Virus genome (UHGV): UHGV-0139776
DNA length: 64,000 nt
DNA from: a virus
Strand: one strand, 5' to 3'
A model generated the notes under the pieces. It was given only the letters and a program-made list of their open reading frames with translations. It ran no database searches and was not told the origin of the DNA. The position numbers were made by a program, and so were the translations under genes. Below are positions 9,560 to 19,885 of this stretch, piece by piece (the first letter of the stretch is position 1; each line of letters starts with the position of its first letter).

Positions 9560-10171
9560 TCAAAGAGAAAAACTAAAGCCCAGAAGGGAAGCTAAAGAAC
9601 TTGAGGATTGGTTAAACGTGCTGTGCAATGCGAAGGTCATTGGGAATGACTTAAATTCCGTAACCTGATCCCGCGCATAGGTGACATCGCCGGTAGTGAC
9701 CGGGAATACCGTCATCTCATTTTCCAGTTTGGTTAAACCGGAGGACAGCAACCGATAAATACGCACATTGAGCAAATATTTAGACGGTATATTCCCGGTA
9801 CCGTCCGGATTGATAACCCGACCTTTTGCCGTCTTAAACCAGTCCAAAACGAGGCCATCAACGGTATCCCTGACCATCATTGTTATCTGCCCAGGCGAAC
9901 GCTCCGTTGGCTGAAGGATATTCCCTCCGCCGATTTTAATCGTTTCATATTCGATGCTGTAATCGTGGTAGGTAATGTCTTTAGCAAAGAAGTCTGCCCC
10001 CTCCAGACCATCAACTTCGACAGAGAACTGCCATCCTTGCGCGAACAGCATTTTGTTCATGATGATTGACGTCAGCTTACCAACTTCCCGCTCACCAACG
10101 CCGGAGCCAAATAATGTCGTCGTTAATGCCGAAGATACATAAGACTTTACTGAAGCAACATTAAGCCCCAT
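9560..10171 (-). CDS. hypothetical structural protein, 203 aa (possible tail tube)
   Basis: ORF in the structural operon; the size is compatible with a tube protein but no motif supports it. Confidence 0.3.
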   Translation of the reverse strand: MGLNVASVKSYVSSALTTTLFGSGVGEREVGKLTSIIMNKMLFAQGWQFSVEVDGLEGADFFAKDITYHDYSIEYETIKIGGGNILQPTERSPGQITMMVRDTVDGLVLDWFKTAKGRVINPDGTGNIPSKYLLNVRIYRLLSSGLTKLENEMTVFPVTTGDVTYARDQVTEFKSFPMTFALHSTFNQSSSSLASLLGFSFSL

Positions 10172-10181
10172 ATCAGCCCCC

Positions 10182-10772
<591 letters not shown>

Positions 10773-10806
10773 TTAACCGATTCTACGAGTAGTCATTTGT
10801 GACAGG

Positions 10807-11283
10807 TCATTTTGCGCGCTTCAGGCAGCCATCTTCAGGTGCCGCGTTGAAAAGCGCTGCGGCCTTACGTAGCGTAAATGTTGCGATTTTTTTTCCGTCT
10901 ACATATGCATCGAATGATTTAACTTCCATATCAGGGGTATCTGACCAAAAACCATACCAGTAACTATCACCTATAGAGGAACCGATAGAACTGATCGGAT
11001 ATTCATCATCACCAACTTTCAGTGTTATTTGTTCTTTTTCAGCATCAAATGACTCACCACCTGGTTCTGTTTTCATGAGTGTGAGTAGTCGTGTTCCTAC
11101 TTGATTGGGATCCGTATTATTAAATCCAACATCGCACTCAAATGTAAGCGTATAATTATCTTTGCTGGAAACAGCATAAGAACGAACACCATGAGTCTCG
11201 CCGGTTGACCATTTGCTTACATTTGCCATTGACGAAAAAGGAGTAAGCAAAGCAAGAATTAGAAAAAATCGTTTGATGCGCAT
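10807..11283 (-). CDS. secreted/periplasmic protein with signal peptide (MRIKRFFLILALLTPFSSMA), sim region
   Basis: Preferred start ATG at 11283 with an AAAGGAG RBS; hydrophobic N-terminal signal sequence. Confidence 0.5.
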   Translation of the reverse strand: MRIKRFFLILALLTPFSSMANVSKWSTGETHGVRSYAVSSKDNYTLTFECDVGFNNTDPNQVGTRLLTLMKTEPGGESFDAEKEQITLKVGDDEYPISSIGSSIGDSYWYGFWSDTPDMEVKSFDAYVDGKKIATFTLRKAAALFNAAPEDGCLKRAK

Positions 11284-11347
11284 TAATTTATCTCCTTTGG
11301 ATATTAACAATTATTATCAATATTTTAATTAATTACCCATCATATAT

Positions 11348-11995
11348 TTACCATTCATAGGGTAAATTAAGCGCTTTTAAACCTTGCTGGAAGGTATTAA
11401 GTGAGCCGTTCTTTTGTTGTTCCATTTTTTCGCGTGCCGCTTTCTCATACTGCTCCATCCGTTGGTTATACTCTTGCAATTCTTCTGGAGAGAGGTTTCC
11501 CATTGGGGAGTTTGTACCCGGCCCCCTGGCCCGCTCTTCAAGCGTACCCTGAACGTTTTGATGGCGCATTCCTGGGGCATTTCTGATTGAGTCAATGCCA
11601 TTTCTTCCAACATCTTCTTTATTAACGGCATTGCTCGCCACCAGCACCCCCCAGCTAGGGATAGCAAAATCAGGAGCGGTTTCGCATGCCTTTACCATAT
11701 AATCGAAAGAGCTTCGATTGATCTCGTTTGCGTCGGGATTTAATAGGCGAGAATATTGATATTTAGCATTTTCGTTGGTTGCGACTTTATACAGTTCTTG
11801 CTGCACCATCGCTTCAGAAAGTTTAAGGCGTTTCATATCTGACAGTAACTTCTTGCGCATGGATTCGTCTTGACTGACAGCAAAGCCGTAAACGTGCCCA
11901 AGGTATTTCGTATAATCGGTACAAATCTCCTTTACGCTTGATGCTGCATTAACAGTCCCAGCCATAAATAATAACGGTAGTAATAGTTTTCTCAT
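11348..11995 (-). CDS. Sim-like periplasmic protein (superinfection-exclusion candidate) with signal peptide MRKLLLPLLFMAGTVNA
   Basis: Start ATG at 11995 with a GGTGAGG RBS; signal peptide; position upstream of c4/icd/ant as for P1 sim; C-terminal motif shared with Sit. Confidence 0.45.
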   Translation of the reverse strand: MRKLLLPLLFMAGTVNAASSVKEICTDYTKYLGHVYGFAVSQDESMRKKLLSDMKRLKLSEAMVQQELYKVATNENAKYQYSRLLNPDANEINRSSFDYMVKACETAPDFAIPSWGVLVASNAVNKEDVGRNGIDSIRNAPGMRHQNVQGTLEERARGPGTNSPMGNLSPEELQEYNQRMEQYEKAAREKMEQQKNGSLNTFQQGLKALNLPYEW

Positions 11996-12091
11996 TATAA
12001 CCTCACCTGCCTTATAACTCATTTAGGGTACATATTTTCGCCTTTAAAAAAAAGAGGTTATTAGATCCAATTGTGTATTTATTAAGCATGC

Positions 12092-12108
12092 AATGCTCTA
12101 ATAAATTT
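12092..12108 (+). promoter_or_regulatory. C1-repressor operator-like site (16/17 match to ATTGCTCTAATAAATTT)
   Basis: Motif match; lies between the sim-like gene and the c4/icd/ant locus. Confidence 0.6.
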
Positions 12109-12295
12109 GTATTTTTAAGTCGCGAATGCTATCTTTTCGCATCATATTGACCTTTTAATCGTTCAGGCTTATAGTTCCGCCGTCGTAGCAAATTCTGCGA
12201 CCGGGTTTAGCAGCCTGAATGATTGTGCGGACAGCCGCAGATATCCGATATTGCGGTATTTTTGTGTCCGTAAAACCGCGTTACGCCCAAATTAT

Positions 12296-12372
12296 GGTGG
12301 GGCGTGATGGGGAGGCTTCGGCCTGCTGGTTTCACAATCGCCAGTCTGCTAACCCCGTCACGTCCTGCCACC
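12296..12372 (+). ncRNA. c4: candidate c4 antisense RNA (immunity I)
   Basis: Segment containing CACAATC and CTGCTAA, complementary to the repeated GATTGTG / TTAGCAG elements at 12205-12227 and 12373-12414 (the latter overlapping the icd RBS). Boundaries are approximate. Confidence 0.4.
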
Positions 12373-12422
12373 TGTTTAGCAGCGGGTAGCAGGTTGTTAA
12401 ACCTGATTGTGAGGCCGTAACT

Positions 12423-12644
12423 ATGGTTAATGCCAATCCTTGCGCACGCCCAGAATTCATCTGGCGTTTCTATTCCTGTAAAAAACACCACTATCACTTC
12501 GTTATCGCAGCAACTGAAGACGAAGCACGCTCTCAATTGCCTGATGGTCCCTGCATTTTTACTGCCCGTTTTTCTACTAACTCGCGCAATTCACTTAGTT
12601 ACTGGAACCTCCCCTTCTCTGCTGACGTTCAGGGGGTTTTATGA
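12423..12644 (+). CDS. icd: Icd-like protein, 73 aa, translationally coupled to ant
   Basis: 73-aa ORF; its stop overlaps the ant ATG (ATGA); RBS TGAGG overlaps the b2 target element. Confidence 0.55.
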   Translation: MVNANPCARPEFIWRFYSCKKHHYHFVIAATEDEARSQLPDGPCIFTARFSTNSRNSLSYWNLPFSADVQGVL

Positions 12645-13684
12645 AAAAACCTCTCGTCACCCGTAATGAAATAGCCGAAGCGATCGCCCTGCATACTGCC
12701 TGTATGCCGACACGGGAGATCCCCGGCGCAATTGCCAACTATTTCATGATAACCAGGCGTTTTTATACCCGAACAGATAAGGCTGTGATCAACAGGCTAC
12801 TGATAGCCGAGATCAGGGATTATTTGATTGAACAAGGACGTCTACGTTACGCAACGGTGGCAGCAGAAATGAGAAAGGAGGCACATAGAATGACCAGTAA
12901 TAATTTGAATGTTAAAAAACCAGCACCTGTTGCTTCAGCAACGTCAGCACCAGCCGTGAATGTCATCCCCACCACCGGAGACACAATCGACAGCCTGACA
13001 CTGTTAAAGATGGTCAATGAAGCGCGTAAGTTATGTGGGGAACCAGAGGTTCGGAACAACAAATTCATCGAAAAAATACTCGACGAATTAGAAGGTGAGG
13101 ACGGTTACACAAAAAGTGCAACCGTGCCGCCAGGTGGCGGTACGCCTATGGTTGTCATAACCATGACCTACAAACAAGCCCTGCGAGTCGCCGCGCGCGA
13201 ATCGAAAGCGGTCCGCCGTTCGCTGATCGACAAACTGGAAGAATTGCAGCAGGCAAACTCACCTACCCCATCGATCCCCCAAACATTACCAGAAGCTCTA
13301 CGCCTGGCTGCCGAGTTGGCAGAACAGAAAATGCAGTTGGAACAACAGCTGGTGGCCGCAGCCCCTAAAGTCGATTTTGCCGACCGGGTATCAGCGGCTA
13401 ATGGAATCCTGATCGGGAACTTTGCAAAGGTCGTTGGACTTAAGCAAAACGCCCTTTTCTCATGGTTGCGCCAGAACGGCATTCTCATGGCTTTTGGTGC
13501 GCGCAAAAACGTACCGCGCCAGCAGTACATCAACGCCGGATATTTCACGGTGAAAGAAGTGGTGCTGGATGATGAAAATGGCTACCAGATACGGCTGACG
13601 CCCCAATTAACGGGTAAAGGCCAGCAGTGGTTAACTCGCAAGCTACTTGATGCTGGTTTGTTAAAACCAGTAGCAATAGGTTAA
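12641..13684 (+). CDS. ant1: antirepressor Ant (C-terminal KilAC/Ant domain), 347 aa
   Basis: C-terminal IPQTLPEALRLAAELAEQK...GKGQQWL motif block shared with the next gene; an internal in-frame start (Ant2) is possible. Confidence 0.8.
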   Translation: MKKPLVTRNEIAEAIALHTACMPTREIPGAIANYFMITRRFYTRTDKAVINRLLIAEIRDYLIEQGRLRYATVAAEMRKEAHRMTSNNLNVKKPAPVASATSAPAVNVIPTTGDTIDSLTLLKMVNEARKLCGEPEVRNNKFIEKILDELEGEDGYTKSATVPPGGGTPMVVITMTYKQALRVAARESKAVRRSLIDKLEELQQANSPTPSIPQTLPEALRLAAELAEQKMQLEQQLVAAAPKVDFADRVSAANGILIGNFAKVVGLKQNALFSWLRQNGILMAFGARKNVPRQQYINAGYFTVKEVVLDDENGYQIRLTPQLTGKGQQWLTRKLLDAGLLKPVAIG

Positions 13685-13761
13685 CAAAAGAAAAAACCTG
13701 CCAGCAAACTGGCAGGTTTCTGAGCAGATCGACCAACCCGATCTGGATCGGGCCAGAAAAA

Positions 13762-13778
13762 TTTGCTCTAATAAATTT
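13762..13778 (+). promoter_or_regulatory. C1 operator-like site (16/17) upstream of kilA
   Basis: TTGCTCTAATAAATTT; the TTGCTC can serve as a -35 with TAAGTG 17 nt downstream. Confidence 0.6.
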
Positions 13779-13847
13779 CGTTTTCTAAGTGCAAAGAATC
13801 ACCATTTCGAGCTGGTGATTGAAGGTTGATGCAAATTTGGAGAAAAA

Positions 13848-14648
13848 ATGCAACAAACATTCAATGCGGATATGAATATATCAAACCTTCATCAAAATGT
13901 CGATCCTTCAACCACTCTGCCTGTTATTTGTGGTGTTGAAATTACGACCGACCGCGCTGGCCGTTACAACCTTAATGCTCTACACAGAGCGAGCGGACTC
14001 GGTGCCCATAAAGCGCCAGCTCAATGGCTAAGAACGCTGTCAGCCAAACAGCTCATCGAAGAGCTTGAAAAAGAAACTATGCAGAATTGCATAGTTTCTT
14101 TCGAAGGCCGTGGCGGCGGCACTTTTGCCCATGAATTGCTCGCTGTGGAGTACGCAGGCTGGATTTCTCCCGCGTTTCGGCTGAAGGTAAACCAGACATT
14201 TATCGACTATCGAGCCGGAAGATTACAACCTGCTATTCCGCAGAGTCTCCCTGAAGCTCTCCGTTTGGCTGCCGACCTGGCAGAGCAAAAGCAACGGCTG
14301 GAGCAAAAAATGCTTATGGATGCACCTAAAGTCGAATTCGCCGAACGCGTTGCTACCGCCAGCGGAGTTCTAATCGGCAACTATGCCAAAGTGCTCGGCC
14401 TGGGCCAAAACTATCTCTTCACCTGGTTGCGTGATAACGGAATTCTGATCGCAACCGGTGAACGCAGGAACGTCCCCAAACAAGAATACATATCCCGTGG
14501 GTATTTCACCCTTAAAGAAACCGTGATCGATACAAGCAATGGAAGCAGGATTTCTTTCACGACTCGTATAACCGGCAAAGGTCAGCAGTGGCTGATGAAG
14601 CGATTGCTTGATGCTGGTGTGCTGGTACCTGTCGCGGCAACGCGCTAA
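13848..14648 (+). CDS. kilA: KilA (KilA-N domain plus Ant-like C-terminal domain), 266 aa
   Basis: Size and order match P1 kilA; C-terminal domain paralogous to Ant (SLPEALRLAADLAEQK). Confidence 0.75.
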   Translation: MQQTFNADMNISNLHQNVDPSTTLPVICGVEITTDRAGRYNLNALHRASGLGAHKAPAQWLRTLSAKQLIEELEKETMQNCIVSFEGRGGGTFAHELLAVEYAGWISPAFRLKVNQTFIDYRAGRLQPAIPQSLPEALRLAADLAEQKQRLEQKMLMDAPKVEFAERVATASGVLIGNYAKVLGLGQNYLFTWLRDNGILIATGERRNVPKQEYISRGYFTLKETVIDTSNGSRISFTTRITGKGQQWLMKRLLDAGVLVPVAATR

Positions 14649-14677
14649 CAGACGTAGTAAGAACCACCAGCATTGTA

Positions 14678-15523
14678 ATGCTGGCTAAAGTCACTTTCCT
14701 GAGCTGTATAACGATGAGCGATTTTACTTTTTCTGGCTATGAATTGGCCTGCTTTGTAACACACTCCGGTCTATCCCGTAGCGCCGGGCATATCCTGTCG
14801 CAATGTGCAAATCTCGCGGCAACAACTAGTGAATACTTCATTCACAAGCCTCACCGCCTGATCGCGGCAGAAACTGGTTATAGCCAATCAACCGTCGTTC
14901 GTGCATTCCGTGAAGCTGTAAACAAAGGAATTCTGTCTGTAGAGATTGTTATCGGCGATCACCGTGAACGTCGCGCTAACCTGTACCGGTTTACACCATC
15001 CTTTTTGGCCTTCGCACAACAAGCCAAAAATGCGCTGATTGAAAGCAAATTAAAGATCTCTTCAGCGGCAACCAAGGTTAAAGCTGTTCTCGCTAAGACA
15101 TTGGCTTTATTTAATTTTTTATCCACACCCCCATGTCAAAATGATACCCCCTCCCCCTGTCAGGATGACGTGGCAATAAAGAATAAGAAGTCACAAGTTA
15201 AAAAAATAAAAAGATCAGTTTCCGGCGGTGCCGGAACGACCAGACTCAAAAAATTGACTTCATGGATCGCTGAGGCAAAAGCAAAGGCTGACAATCTGCG
15301 GTTATCCAAAAAACGCGCTCAAAAACATGAGTTCAAGCAGAAAGTAGAGGCGGCAGCGCGGAAATATGCTTACCTGAAGGACAAGCGTTCTCCTGATATT
15401 GGCGGGATATCAAACTTCGATAATCTGCCGCATTGCATGACGGTAAACGAAGCTCTTAATGCGGTTTTAGCCAAAAATAAAGATAACGAACAATGGGGTA
15501 TACCGGCAGGATTCAGAGGGTGA
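14678..15523 (+). CDS. repL: RepL lytic replication initiator, 281 aa
   Basis: Size and position after kilA; in P1 the lytic origin oriL lies inside repL (not verified here). Confidence 0.7.
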   Translation: MLAKVTFLSCITMSDFTFSGYELACFVTHSGLSRSAGHILSQCANLAATTSEYFIHKPHRLIAAETGYSQSTVVRAFREAVNKGILSVEIVIGDHRERRANLYRFTPSFLAFAQQAKNALIESKLKISSAATKVKAVLAKTLALFNFLSTPPCQNDTPSPCQDDVAIKNKKSQVKKIKRSVSGGAGTTRLKKLTSWIAEAKAKADNLRLSKKRAQKHEFKQKVEAAARKYAYLKDKRSPDIGGISNFDNLPHCMTVNEALNAVLAKNKDNEQWGIPAGFRG

Positions 15524-15573
15524 TAGATTGCTCTAATCTGGAGTCACCTGGCGTTTTCAGTTTGAGGTCGGAG

Positions 15574-15819
15574 ATGCAATCTGATTTTTTACAGTTAGCG
15601 ATCGCTTTTGCAGGATATGTTTGTATTGGCTTCTGTGTATACATGATCAGCCGAAAAATGCTTGTCGATATCGACCGCAAAGAACGAGCAGAGGAGATCT
15701 TAGTATGGATTTTCTTTGGCGCGGTCTGGCCATTAGGGATCATGTTTGCTGCAACATTTCTTCTGATGTGGATATTCACCCTTCCAGGTGATTTCTATAG
15801 AAAAAAAGCCAGACATTGA
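15574..15819 (+). CDS. small two-TM membrane protein, 81 aa
   Basis: ATG at 15574 with a GAGG RBS; hydrophobic segments. Confidence 0.4.
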   Translation: MQSDFLQLAIAFAGYVCIGFCVYMISRKMLVDIDRKERAEEILVWIFFGAVWPLGIMFAATFLLMWIFTLPGDFYRKKARH

Positions 15820-16230
15820 TACAATCGTTGCGGGTGCTTGAGGCTATCTGCTTCAGGCATTACCCGAAAAGCAGATAGAAGAAAGCCCCAGATAACATTA
15901 CGCGTCCTGCAAGACGCTTAACATTAATCTGAGGCCATATCTATGCTTAGCATACGTAGATTAGCCTCTTACCGACCAAAAGGTCAAGGAGAAGCAGGCT
16001 ATGAAGCAGCAAAAAGCGATGTTAATCGCTCTGATCGTCATCTGTTTAACCGTCATTGTGACGGCACTGGTAACGAGGAAAGACCTCTGCGAGGTACGAA
16101 TCCGAACCGGCCAGACGGAGGTCACTGTCTTCACAGCCTACGAATCTGAAAGGTAAGAGACCTGGCGGGGAGAGATCCTCGCCACTCTTCGTGTGTCAGG
16201 TATCCTCAATGCACCCTTTCCTCTCCAAAT

Positions 16231-16257
16231 AAAAAAGCTCCCGAAGGAGCTTTAAAA
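16231..16257 (-). terminator. rho-independent terminator ending the minus-strand structural operon
   Basis: Stem AAGCTCC/GGAGCTT with CGAA loop; T-run follows on the minus strand. Confidence 0.6.
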
Positions 16258-16272
16258 TACAAGGGATGACTC

Positions 16273-16782
16273 TTAATCCCACTCAATCCAGTTGTAGACG
16301 ATACGAAGTGACGGGCGCACAGCGGCAGTCACATCTTCGGTACTAAAGTCGATTGCATCACTGTAGATTTTGCAGTCCAACATTTCAATTGTTGTAGCAG
16401 CTTTTGTCACAGCGTTAACCCCGGAAGATTTGGATTCAGGGGTCGCAGCCATCGTGATATCAACATAGTCCTTCGCCGCAATGCGATCTTTAATGAACTG
16501 AAGAATATCGCCTTCGATAGTCTCCACGCACTGGACCTGGATTTCCCCAGAGTTTCGAATTGGACCGTGCTGGTTGAACTTCACACCATTCGGACCATAG
16601 TCCTCCACATCCTCGCGGGTCATTTCAGGAATTTGCGACGTGCGAACCAGTACGCTGATATCTTCATGGCCTGCAAAAGTGAGCTGGAATTCAGAAGATA
16701 CCAGTCGTTCGCCTTTGGCCGCGTTGGCAGTATAGCGGCCCTTAATAAATTTACGGTTTCCCTTAGTGTTATTGTGCCCCAT
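16273..16782 (-). CDS. virion structural protein, 169 aa
   Basis: ORF in the head/tail operon. Confidence 0.4.
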   Translation of the reverse strand: MGHNNTKGNRKFIKGRYTANAAKGERLVSSEFQLTFAGHEDISVLVRTSQIPEMTREDVEDYGPNGVKFNQHGPIRNSGEIQVQCVETIEGDILQFIKDRIAAKDYVDITMAATPESKSSGVNAVTKAATTIEMLDCKIYSDAIDFSTEDVTAAVRPSLRIVYNWIEWD

Positions 16783-16793
16783 ATAAAATCCTT

Positions 16794-17375
16794 TTACTGG
16801 AACGCCCGAACAATATCGGAGCTGTTATATATCGAAGAACCGGTCAACTGGAGGTTGACGGTGTTTTTCAGGAAATGCCCATTGCTGTCCCTGGGCGCAT
16901 CGAGATCGAAACTTATGTCCTGGATAGCGACATCAATGATGTTGATCCGGCGACCAATGTTTAGCGTCACACGCTCCGGGATTCGACCACCAATGCTGGC
17001 ATCTTTAAGTTCCGGGCTAATCATCGCTGACAATGCGGCGATAGCTCCTGAAACCTCCGTGAATGGGTCAAACAAAGCGATGAAAGTTACTGGCAGCGTG
17101 AAAGTCGGCGGTGTTCCCCCCTCCCAAACCATTAAGCTGTTCCAACGGGCCACCGACGTTGTTTCAGTACCAACCTGCGCAAAACCACTGAAAGCACCAG
17201 CAACAGACCCCATGGACATACCGGTAAACGGCGCTTCCCAATTCTGGGCCATGTTCATTGCTGCCCCCTGGCTGATATATCCGGTAACCTGGTACTGAGA
17301 GTTCGTTAAAGTAACTTTCAGAAATGGCGATACACCGTCAGCCTGGCTGTAAACCCCATAAGGTATAGGTGCCAT
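16794..17375 (-). CDS. virion structural protein, 193 aa (possible tail tube)
   Basis: ORF between the acidic 271-aa gene and the 169-aa gene; size about 21 kDa. Confidence 0.3.
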   Translation of the reverse strand: MAPIPYGVYSQADGVSPFLKVTLTNSQYQVTGYISQGAAMNMAQNWEAPFTGMSMGSVAGAFSGFAQVGTETTSVARWNSLMVWEGGTPPTFTLPVTFIALFDPFTEVSGAIAALSAMISPELKDASIGGRIPERVTLNIGRRINIIDVAIQDISFDLDAPRDSNGHFLKNTVNLQLTGSSIYNSSDIVRAFQ

Positions 17376-17410
17376 TCAAGTTAAAGGCCGGAGTTCTCCG
17401 GCCTCCTCCT

Positions 17411-18226
17411 TTAGCCAAGGCGCTTACGGCGCAGTTTCATTGACTTTTTGCGGGCAAGTTTTGCCGCGCCGGTCTGGGCTTTTCGACGCGCTTTTTTCAG
17501 CGCCGATTTTTGAGCCGCAGTCAGACGTTTTTTACGCAGGCGTTTACGGATGAGTTTGATCTCACCGTTACGAACAACCTTCTTAAATGCTTCAGTCAGC
17601 ATTTCATCAGAAGTGCCAGCAACAACAAACGCCGCTTCCAGTTCGTCGCGGTCGTCGCTATCTAAACCAGCGATAGAGGCACCAACATCAGCAGCAGCGT
17701 CGTCGTCTTCATCGTCAGCCAGTGCTTCGATCAGGTCATCATCTACACCGCATGCTGCGAGGAAGTCAGCAACATTTGCCCATGCTTCGTTATAGGCATC
17801 GTCCTGTTCTTCTGTAACTTCGGAGTCGTCGTCATCAGAGATACCAGCGATAGCCTGAACGAAACCATCAAGGGAGTCGAAAGTCAGATCACCGCTATCA
17901 GCCCAGGCGAAAACGGCGTCGGCCGCATCACTCAACGCATTCTGCATAGCACTTCGATTTGCAGCTTCCAGAATCATCTGGTGCGCCTGTTCGACGGTCC
18001 ATTCTTTACCGTCTTTCCCTTCCAGGATTTGCTCAGGAGCCTGGGCAGATGGAACGTTATCGTTAGTCTGTGCCGCCGGTTCCGGATTATTATTAATAAC
18101 CGGATCTGTTGGCGGTTCGGCGCTTGCTCGGGCAGACTCCATCAGCTGCACAGGATCAGAGTTCAAAGCGAAACGAGACAGTCCATTCCCCAAAAATGCC
18201 CCGGATTGAAAAAAGTTTTTGCTCAT
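17411..18226 (-). CDS. acidic protein with a basic C-terminal tail, 271 aa (scaffold or internal virion protein candidate)
   Basis: Asp/Glu-rich centre and a KRLRKKR...RRKRLG C-terminus. Confidence 0.4.
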   Translation of the reverse strand: MSKNFFQSGAFLGNGLSRFALNSDPVQLMESARASAEPPTDPVINNNPEPAAQTNDNVPSAQAPEQILEGKDGKEWTVEQAHQMILEAANRSAMQNALSDAADAVFAWADSGDLTFDSLDGFVQAIAGISDDDDSEVTEEQDDAYNEAWANVADFLAACGVDDDLIEALADDEDDDAAADVGASIAGLDSDDRDELEAAFVVAGTSDEMLTEAFKKVVRNGEIKLIRKRLRKKRLTAAQKSALKKARRKAQTGAAKLARKKSMKLRRKRLG

Positions 18227-18235
18227 TGTATTCCC

Positions 18236-19825
18236 TTACTTAATAAGCAGCGGTACGCCCTGGATACGACGGGCTACGCCAGTCGGGCAGCAGGCCCAGA
18301 CTACTTCCCATTTATCGAATTCCGCCTGCGTAACTTTCAGCACATACGGTTCTGTACCGTCAGCATCAGGATCACGAGGAGCCACCAGAGCGCCGGAGGC
18401 GACAAAGCGATCTAAAAGTTTGGTCATCCCTTTAGTCAGGCCAGCCGCAGTAATACCGTCCGGGCTATGCTTCATCTGTCGGGCTAACTGGACAAAGAAA
18501 CGGCTGATTGCATTCATCAGGGATGGGACGTGCTGGAAGTGCAGATAGTTATCCTGCGTGCAGCAAGTTAAAGCATCGTCGATGATCATCTGGCCAGAGG
18601 TGCCAACAGATACTTTATTGAGACGGCCCTTGACCATTGCTTCTTCGTCCGGGGTATCTTCCGGATACAGCGGTTGAATTGACGCACGAGCAATGACGGC
18701 ACGTTCTTCACCAGCCGGTGAGTAATGCCAACCGCCGACATCAGAGTTTTTCTTGACGCCACGAGCTTTCGCCGCATACGCCACGCCAGACAGACCAAAG
18801 ACCACACGGGATTGGGTCCATTTGTCTTTGCAGGAGAACGGGTAGTGATAGACAGAACAGCTTACATAATCGGTACCAAGTAAACCGGTATCCTCAACAG
18901 CTGGTAGTGCTTCTGCGTACGTTAATGTCGGTTTGACATCAAAGAAGCCATCAATCAGGCGATCTGCACAGATTCTACCTAATGCGGTGATAGCCGCATT
19001 GTCATAGCAGCCCAGGCCAAGAACAGCGGTGTACATGTACGGCGCATTGTTCAGCACTTTCACCGCACGCAGGTACGCAGCGGTTGAGATTTTCGACTGA
19101 TCACCGTTGGTACCACCAGTGAACGCCAACGATTTTTTGTTTGTTACTTTCGCTGTAGAAATCAGATCTTCATTAACAACCGCGCGAAGATATTTAGAAC
19201 GGGCTTCCAGAGCCGTAGGCAGATAACACAAGCGGCCCATGTCATCTTTCGCTTCTTCCGCCAAAGACACAGTGTGTGTCTCCAGGGTCGTTACCACACC
19301 GAGCGAAGTCGTCTGGGTCAGTTTTAAGAGGAAGCGTTCATTACCCGCGCTGTCCGCTGTTGCCGTTTCGATGGTTAACTCACGGGTAGGTGAAATACAC
19401 GGATCACCATCATCAACGTAGATAGCAAAGGCTTCGCCGCTATCAAGTTCAATTTCAGAACCGTATGGCAACGCACTGTAAGCCGGTTCGCCTGATTCAT
19501 CGAACATAATAATCGGGAACTTCGCATCATCCGGAACAGCACGGACAACATAACCAGACGTTTGCTGAATAGCTTCGTACACATGGCGAATTGGTTCGAA
19601 CTGTGAGCCGGAAGACGGCTTCAGCGGTTCGCCGAGAACATCTTCGTAATTGGACTCAGTAACCGCAAGAACAGTAAACGGCTTGCCACGCGCAAATACG
19701 CCAATACCAGCCCACAAGCTGCTATTTAATGCAACACCGGTAGATAACGTCGCATCGGCATTGATCGGGCTAACCGCGACGCCGGATGCATTACCTAATG
19801 ACTGTTGAATTGAATATTGAGACAT
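18236..19825 (-). CDS. putative tail sheath protein, 529 aa
   Basis: Size (about 58 kDa) and position downstream of the putative capsid gene; no motif-level proof. Confidence 0.4.
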   Translation of the reverse strand: MSQYSIQQSLGNASGVAVSPINADATLSTGVALNSSLWAGIGVFARGKPFTVLAVTESNYEDVLGEPLKPSSGSQFEPIRHVYEAIQQTSGYVVRAVPDDAKFPIIMFDESGEPAYSALPYGSEIELDSGEAFAIYVDDGDPCISPTRELTIETATADSAGNERFLLKLTQTTSLGVVTTLETHTVSLAEEAKDDMGRLCYLPTALEARSKYLRAVVNEDLISTAKVTNKKSLAFTGGTNGDQSKISTAAYLRAVKVLNNAPYMYTAVLGLGCYDNAAITALGRICADRLIDGFFDVKPTLTYAEALPAVEDTGLLGTDYVSCSVYHYPFSCKDKWTQSRVVFGLSGVAYAAKARGVKKNSDVGGWHYSPAGEERAVIARASIQPLYPEDTPDEEAMVKGRLNKVSVGTSGQMIIDDALTCCTQDNYLHFQHVPSLMNAISRFFVQLARQMKHSPDGITAAGLTKGMTKLLDRFVASGALVAPRDPDADGTEPYVLKVTQAEFDKWEVVWACCPTGVARRIQGVPLLIK

Positions 19826-19885
19826 AACTTTCCCTGTTATGCGCCCCGCACGGGGGCGCTATGTTAAACGGAGAACTTCCCCTGA

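Noticed and set aside
11377-11667. Nested minus-strand ORF 11377..11667 inside the Sim-like gene
   Set aside because: It is in a different frame of the same strand as a better-supported secreted-protein ORF and has no independent signals.
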